In this document: in pieces, positions 58,401 through 64,000 of the stretch
Layout of the letters: the number at the start of each line of letters is the position of its first letter
Position numbering within the stretch: position 1 is the stretch's first letter
Assembly (NCBI GenBank): GCA_964057225.1
Contig: OZ059899.1
Coordinates: forward strand, 18,166,001-18,230,000
From: Auanema rhodensis
Lineage: Eukaryota > Animalia > Nematoda
Length of the DNA stretch: 64,000 nt
Reading direction: 5' to 3'
Notes under the pieces: generated by a model
Database searches by the model: none
What the model was told of the DNA's origin: nothing
Seen by the model: only the letters and a program-made list of their open reading frames with translations
Made by a program: the position numbers and the translations under genes

Positions 58401-61400
58401 ACAAATTTTTATTGATATTGGTGCATGGTAACCATAACTTTGAAATTTACGTGAACTTTAATTTATGCTAATTAAATGTACACGTGATGTGCACTTGGTA
58501 TGTAACTTGCTTCACGTGAAAGATAAAGAGATGCGGTTTTCAAAATTAGATTCCCCATGTCCATATTAGTCTTAAAACAAATTTTTATTGATATTGGTGC
58601 ATGGTAACCATAACTTTGAAATTTACGTGAACTTTAATTTATGCTAATTAAATGTACAAGTGATGTGCACTTGGTATGTAACTCGCTTCACGTGAAAGAT
58701 AAAGAGATGCGGTTTCCAAAATTAGATTCCCCATGTCCATATTAGTCTAAAAACAGTTTTTTACTGATATTGGTGAATGGTAACCATGATTTTGAAATTT
58801 ACGTGAACTTTAATTTATGCTAATTAAATGTACACATGGTGTGCACTCGGTATGTAACTCGCTTCACGTGAAAGATAAAGAGATGCGGTTTTCAAAATTA
58901 GATTCCCCATGTCCATATTAGTCTAAAAACAAATTTTTATCGATATTGGTGCATGGTAACCATGACTTTGAATTTTACGTGAACTTTATTTTATGCTACA
59001 TAAATGTACACGTGGTGTGCACTCGGTATGTATCTCGCTTCACGTGAAAGATAAAGAGATGCGGTTTTCAAAATTAGATTCCCCATGTCCATATTAGTCT
59101 AAAAACAAGTTTTTATTGATATTGGTGCATGGTAACCATGACTTTGAATTTTACGTGAACTTTAATTTATGCTAATTAAATGTACACGTGGTGTGCACTC
59201 GGTATGTAACTCGCTTCACGTGAAAGATAAAGAGATGCGGTTTTTAAAATTAGACTCCCCATGTCCATATTAGTCTAAAAACAAATTTTTATTGATATTG
59301 GTGCATGGTAACCATGACATTGAAATTTACGTGAACTTTAATTTATGCTAATTAAATGTACACGTGGTGTGCACTCGGTATGTAACTCGCTTCACGTGAA
59401 AGATAAAGAGATGCGGTTTTTAAAATTAGATTCCCCATGTCCATATTAGTCTGAAAACAATTTTTTACTGATATTGGTGCATGGTAACCATGACTTTGAA
59501 ATTTACGTGAACTTTAATTTATGCTAATTAAATGTACAAGTGATGTGCACTTGGTATGTAACTCGCTTCACGTGAAAGATAAGGAGATGCGGTTTTCACA
59601 ATTAGATTCCCCATGTCCATATTAGTCTAAAAACAAATTTTTATTGATATTGGTGCATGGTAACCATGACTTTGAAATCTACGTGAACTTTAATTTATGC
59701 TAATTAAATGTACACGTGATGTGCACTTGGTATGTAACTCGCTTCACGTGAAAGATCAAGAGATGCCGTTTTCAAAATTAGATTCCCCATGTCCATATTA
59801 GTCTTAAAACAAATTTTTATTGATATTGGTGCATGGTAACCATGACTTTGAAATTTACGTGAACTTTAATTTATGCTAATTAAATGTACACGTGATGTGC
59901 ACTTGGTATGTAACTTGCTTCACGTGAAAGATAAAGAGATGCGGTTTTCAAAATTAGATTCCCCATGTCCATATTAGTCTTAAAACAAATTTTTATTGAT
60001 ATTGGTGCATGGTAACCATAACTTTGAAATTTACGTGAACTTTAATTTATGCTAATTAAATGTACAAGTGATGGCCACTTGGTATGTAACTCGCTTCACG
60101 TGAAAGATAAAGAGATGAGGTTTTCCCAATTAGATTCCCCATGTCCATATTAGTCTAAAAACAAATTTTTATCGATATTGGTGCATGGTAACCATGACTT
60201 TGAAATTTACGTGAACTTTAATTTATGCTAATTAAATGTACACATGGTGTGCACTCGGTATGTAACTCGCTTCACGTGAAAGATAAAGAGATGCGGTTTT
60301 CAAAATTAGATTCCCCATGTCCATATTAGTCTAAAAACAAATTTTTATTGATATTGGTGCATGGTAACCATGACTTTGAATTTTACGTGAACTTTAATTT
60401 ATGCTAATTAAATGTACAAGTGATGTGCACTTGGTATGTAACTCGCTTCACGTGAAAGATAAGGAGATGCGGTTTTCACAATTAGATTCCCCATGTCCAT
60501 ATTAGTCTAAAAACAAATTTTTATTGATATTGGTGCATGGTAACCATGACTTTGAAATTTACGTGAACTTTAATTTATGCTAATTAAATGTACACGTGAT
60601 GTGCACTTGGTATGTAACTTGCTTCACGTGAAAGATAAAGAGATGCGGTTTTCAAAATTAGATTCCCCATGTCCATATTAGTCTTAAAACAAATTTTTAT
60701 TGATATTGGTGCATGGTAACCATGACTTTGAAATTTACGTGAACTTTAATTTATGCTAATTAAATGTACACGTGATGTGCACTTGGTATGTAACTCGCTT
60801 CACGTGAAAGATGAAGAGATGCGGTTTTCAAAATTAGATTCCCCATGTCCATATTAGTCTAAAAACAAATTTTTATTGATATTGGTTCATGGTAACCATG
60901 ACTTTGAAATTTACGTGAACTTTAATTTATGCTAATTAAATGTACACGTGATGTGCACTTGGTATGTAACTTGCTTCACGTGAAAGATAAAGAGATGCGG
61001 TTTTCAAAATTAGATTCCCCATGTCCATATTAGTCTTAAAACAAATTTTTATTGATATTGGTGCATGGTAACCATGACTTTGAAATTTACGTGAACTTTA
61101 ATTTATGCTAATTAAATGTACACGTGATGTGCACTTGGTATGTAACTTGCTTCACGTGAAAGATAAAGAGATGCGGTTTTCAAAATTAGATTCCCCATGT
61201 CCATATTAGTCTTAAAACAAATTTTTATTGATATTGGTGCATGGTAACCATAACTTTGAAATTTACGTGAACTTTAATTTATGCTAATTAAATGTACAAG
61301 TGATGTGCACTTGGTATGTAACTCGCTTCACGGGAAAGATAAAGAGATGAGGTTTTCCCAATTAGATTCCCCATGTCCATATTAGTCTAAAAACAAATTT

Positions 61401-62988
61401 TTATCGATATTGGTGCATGGTAACCATGACTTTGAAATTTACGTGAACTTTATTTTATGCTACATAAATGTACACGTGGTGTGCACTCGGTATGTATCTC
61501 GCTTCACGTGAAAGAAAAAGAGATGCTGTTTCCAAAATTAGATTCCCCATGTCCATATTAGTCTAAAAACAGTTTTTTACTGATATTGGTGAATGGTAAC
61601 CATGATTTTGAAATTTACGTGAACTTTAATTTATGCTAATTAAATGTACACATGGTGTGCACTCGGTATGTAACTCGCTTCACGTGAAAGATAAAGAGAT
61701 GCGGTTTTCAAAATTAGATTCCCCATGTCCATATTAGTCTAAAAACAAATTTTTATTGATATTGGTGCATGGTAACCATGACTTTGAATTTTACGTGAAC
61801 TTTAATTTATGCTAATTAAACGTACACGTGGTGTGCACTCGGTATGTAACTCGCTTAACGTGAAAGATAAAGAGATGCGGTTTTCAAAAATAGATTCCCC
61901 ATGTCCATATTAGTCTAAAAACAAGTTTTTATTGATATTGGTGCATGGTAACCATGACTTTGAATTTTACGTGAACTTTAATTTATGCTAATTAAATGTA
62001 CACGTGGTGTGCACTCGGTATGTAACTCGCTTCACGTGAAAGATAAAGAGATGCGGTTTTTAAAATTAGACTCCCCATGTCCATATTAGTCTAAAAACAA
62101 ATTTTTATTGATATTGGTGCATGGTAACCATGACTTTGAAATTTACGTGAACTTTAATTTATGCTAATTAAATGTACACGTGGTGTGCACTCGGTATGTA
62201 ACTCGCTTCACGTGAAAGATAAAGAGATGCGGTTTTTAAAATTAGATTCCCCATGTCCATATTAGTCTGAAAACAATTTTTTACTGATATTGGTGCATGG
62301 TAACCATGACTTTGAAATTTACGTGAACTTTAATTTATGCTAATTAAATGTACACGTGATGTGCACTTGGTATGTAACTTGCTTCACGTGAAAGATAAAG
62401 AGATGCGGTTTTCAAAATTAGATTCCCCATGTCCATATTAGTCTTAAAACAAATTTTTATTGATATTGGTGCATGGTAACCATGACTTTGAAATTTACGT
62501 GAACTTTAATTTATGCTAATTAAATCTACACGCGGTGTGCACTTGGTATGTAACTCGCTTCACGTGAAAGATAAAGAGATGCGGTTTTCAAAATTAGATT
62601 CCCCATGTCCATATTAGTCTAAAAACAAATTTTTATTGATATTGGTTCATGGTAACCATGACTTTGAAATTTACGTGAACTTTAATTTATGCTAATTAAA
62701 TGTACACGTGATGTGCACTTGGTATGTAACTTGCTTCACGTGAAAGATAAAGAGATGCGGTTTTCAAAATTAGATTCCCCATGTCCATATTAGTCTTAAA
62801 ACAAATTTTTATTGATATTGGTGCTTGGTAACCATGACTTTGAAATTTACGTGAACTTTAATTTATGCTAATTAAATGTACACGTGATGTGCACTTGGTA
62901 TGTAACTTGCTTCACGTGAAAGATAAAGAGATGCGGTTTTCAAAATTAGATTCCCCATGTCCATATTAGTCTTAAAACAAATTTTTAT
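55495..62988 (+). repeat. ~2.2-kb block (55495-57708) repeated 30 monomers (5280 bp) downstream (60775-62988)
   Basis: CACGGGAAAG at ~56052/61332, GATGAAGAG at ~55531/60811 and ACAAGTTTTT at 56641/61921. I counted about five substitutions between the copies. Confidence 0.85.
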
Positions 62989-64000
62989 CGATATTGGTGC
63001 ATGGTAACCATGACTTTGAAATTTACGTGAACTTTATTTTATGCTACATAAATGTACACGTGGTGTGCACTTGGTATGTATCTCGCTTCACGTGAAAGAA
63101 AAAGAGATGCGGTTTCCAAAATTAGATTCCCCATGTCCATATTAGTCTAAAAACAGTTTTTTACTGATATTGGTGAATGGTAACCATGATTTTGAAATTT
63201 ACGTGAACTTTAATTTATGCTAATTAAATGTACACATGGTGTGCACTCGGTATGTAACTCGCTTCACGTGAAAGATAAAGAGATGCGGTTTTCACAATTA
63301 GATTCCCCATGTCCATATTAGTCTAAAAACAAATTTTTATTGATATTGGTGCATGGTAACCATGACTTTGAATTTTACGTGAACTTTAATTTATGCTAAT
63401 TAAACGTACACGTGGTGTGCACTCGGTATGTAACTCGCTTCACGTGAAAGATAAAGAGATGCGGTTTTCAAAAATAGATTCCCCATGTCCATATTAGTCT
63501 AAAAACAAGTTTTTATTGATATTGGTGCATGGTAACCATGACTTTGAATTTTACGTGAACTTTAATTTATGCTAATTAAATGTACACGTGGTGTGCACTC
63601 GGTATGTAACTCGCTTCACGTGAAAGATAAAGAGATGCGGTTATTAAAATTAGACTCCCCATGTCCATATTAGTCTAAAAACAAATTTTTATTGATATTG
63701 GTGCATGGTAACCATGACTTTGAAATCTACGTGAACTTTAATTTATGCTAATTAAATGTACAAGTGATGTGCACTTGGTATGTAACTCGCTTCACGTGAA
63801 AGATAAGGAGATGCGGTTTTCACAATTAGATTCCCCATGTCCATATTAGTCTAAAAACAAATTTTTATTGATATTGGTGCATGGTAACCATGACTTTGAA
63901 ATCTACGTGAACTTTAATTTATGCTAATTAAATGTACACGTGATGTGCACTTGGTATGTAACTCGCTTCACGTGAAAGATAAAGAGATGCCGTTTTCAAA

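Larger units (their letters stand above)
1..64000 (+). repeat. Tandem satellite DNA array, 176-bp monomer, ~363.6 copies, head-to-tail, running off both window ends; probable centromeric/pericentromeric satellite
   Basis: CCATGA recurs at 1, 177, 353 and so on. Register holds exactly every 2640 bp (15 monomers) through 36961, then is shifted by -1 through 63360. Monomers differ from consensus by only a few substitutions. The centromeric role is inferred from unit size and homogeneity only. Confidence 0.99.

Noticed and set aside
1-64000. CRISPR array or other repeat-spacer system
   Set aside because: The palindromic motifs are separated by repeated sequence rather than unique spacers, and there are no cas or other genes.
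1-64000. Tandem 5S rRNA, tRNA, snRNA or spliced-leader gene array
   Set aside because: There is no recognisable 5S/tRNA sequence, Pol III box pattern or gene-plus-spacer organisation, and variation is spread through the unit.
1-64000. A single regular HOR of 15 monomers (2640 bp)
   Set aside because: The 2640-bp recurrence is only the common multiple of 176 and the 60-column layout. Diagnostic variants do not repeat at that period.
1-64000. Embedded transposon, inversion or telomeric repeat
   Set aside because: Monomer register and orientation are unbroken apart from one 1-bp deletion, leaving no room for inserted sequence.

Overview
The whole 64,000-bp window is one uninterrupted, head-to-tail, same-strand array of a 176-bp AT-rich satellite monomer (about 363.6 copies; monomer 1 is 59/176 = 33.5% GC). 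Monomer 1 (1-176) is CCATGATTTTGAAATTTACGTGAACTTTAATTTATGCTAATTAAACGTACACGTGGTGTGCACTCGGTATGTAACTCGCTTCACGTGAAAGATAAAGAGATGCGGTTTTCAAAATTAGATTCCCCATGTCCATATTAGTCTAAAAACAAATTTTTATTGATATTGGTGCATGGTAA; 'pos' below means position within this monomer. I see no genes, RNA genes, transposon insertions, strand switches or CRISPR spacers, and the two 60-aa ORFs are artefacts of one lost stop codon in a duplicated monomer. The nucleosome-scale unit, high homogeneity and array size fit a eukaryotic centromeric or pericentromeric satellite (inference; I do not recognise the family or species). The notable points are: (1) only one net indel in 64 kb; (2) no single regular higher-order repeat (HOR), but a patchwork of in-register duplications at offsets of 3, 5, 7, 9, 11, 13, 16, 19, 20, 30 and 57 monomers; (3) a subfamily boundary near 12.0-12.9 kb; (4) a recurring ordered series of monomer types that looks like a decayed ancestral HOR; (5) a palindrome-rich monomer with near-invariant TTCACGTGAA and GGTAACC cores and a symmetry-preserving G56:C65 / A56:T65 covariation. 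I found no evidence of a novel gene-encoded system. All alignments were made by eye, so breakpoints are approximate.
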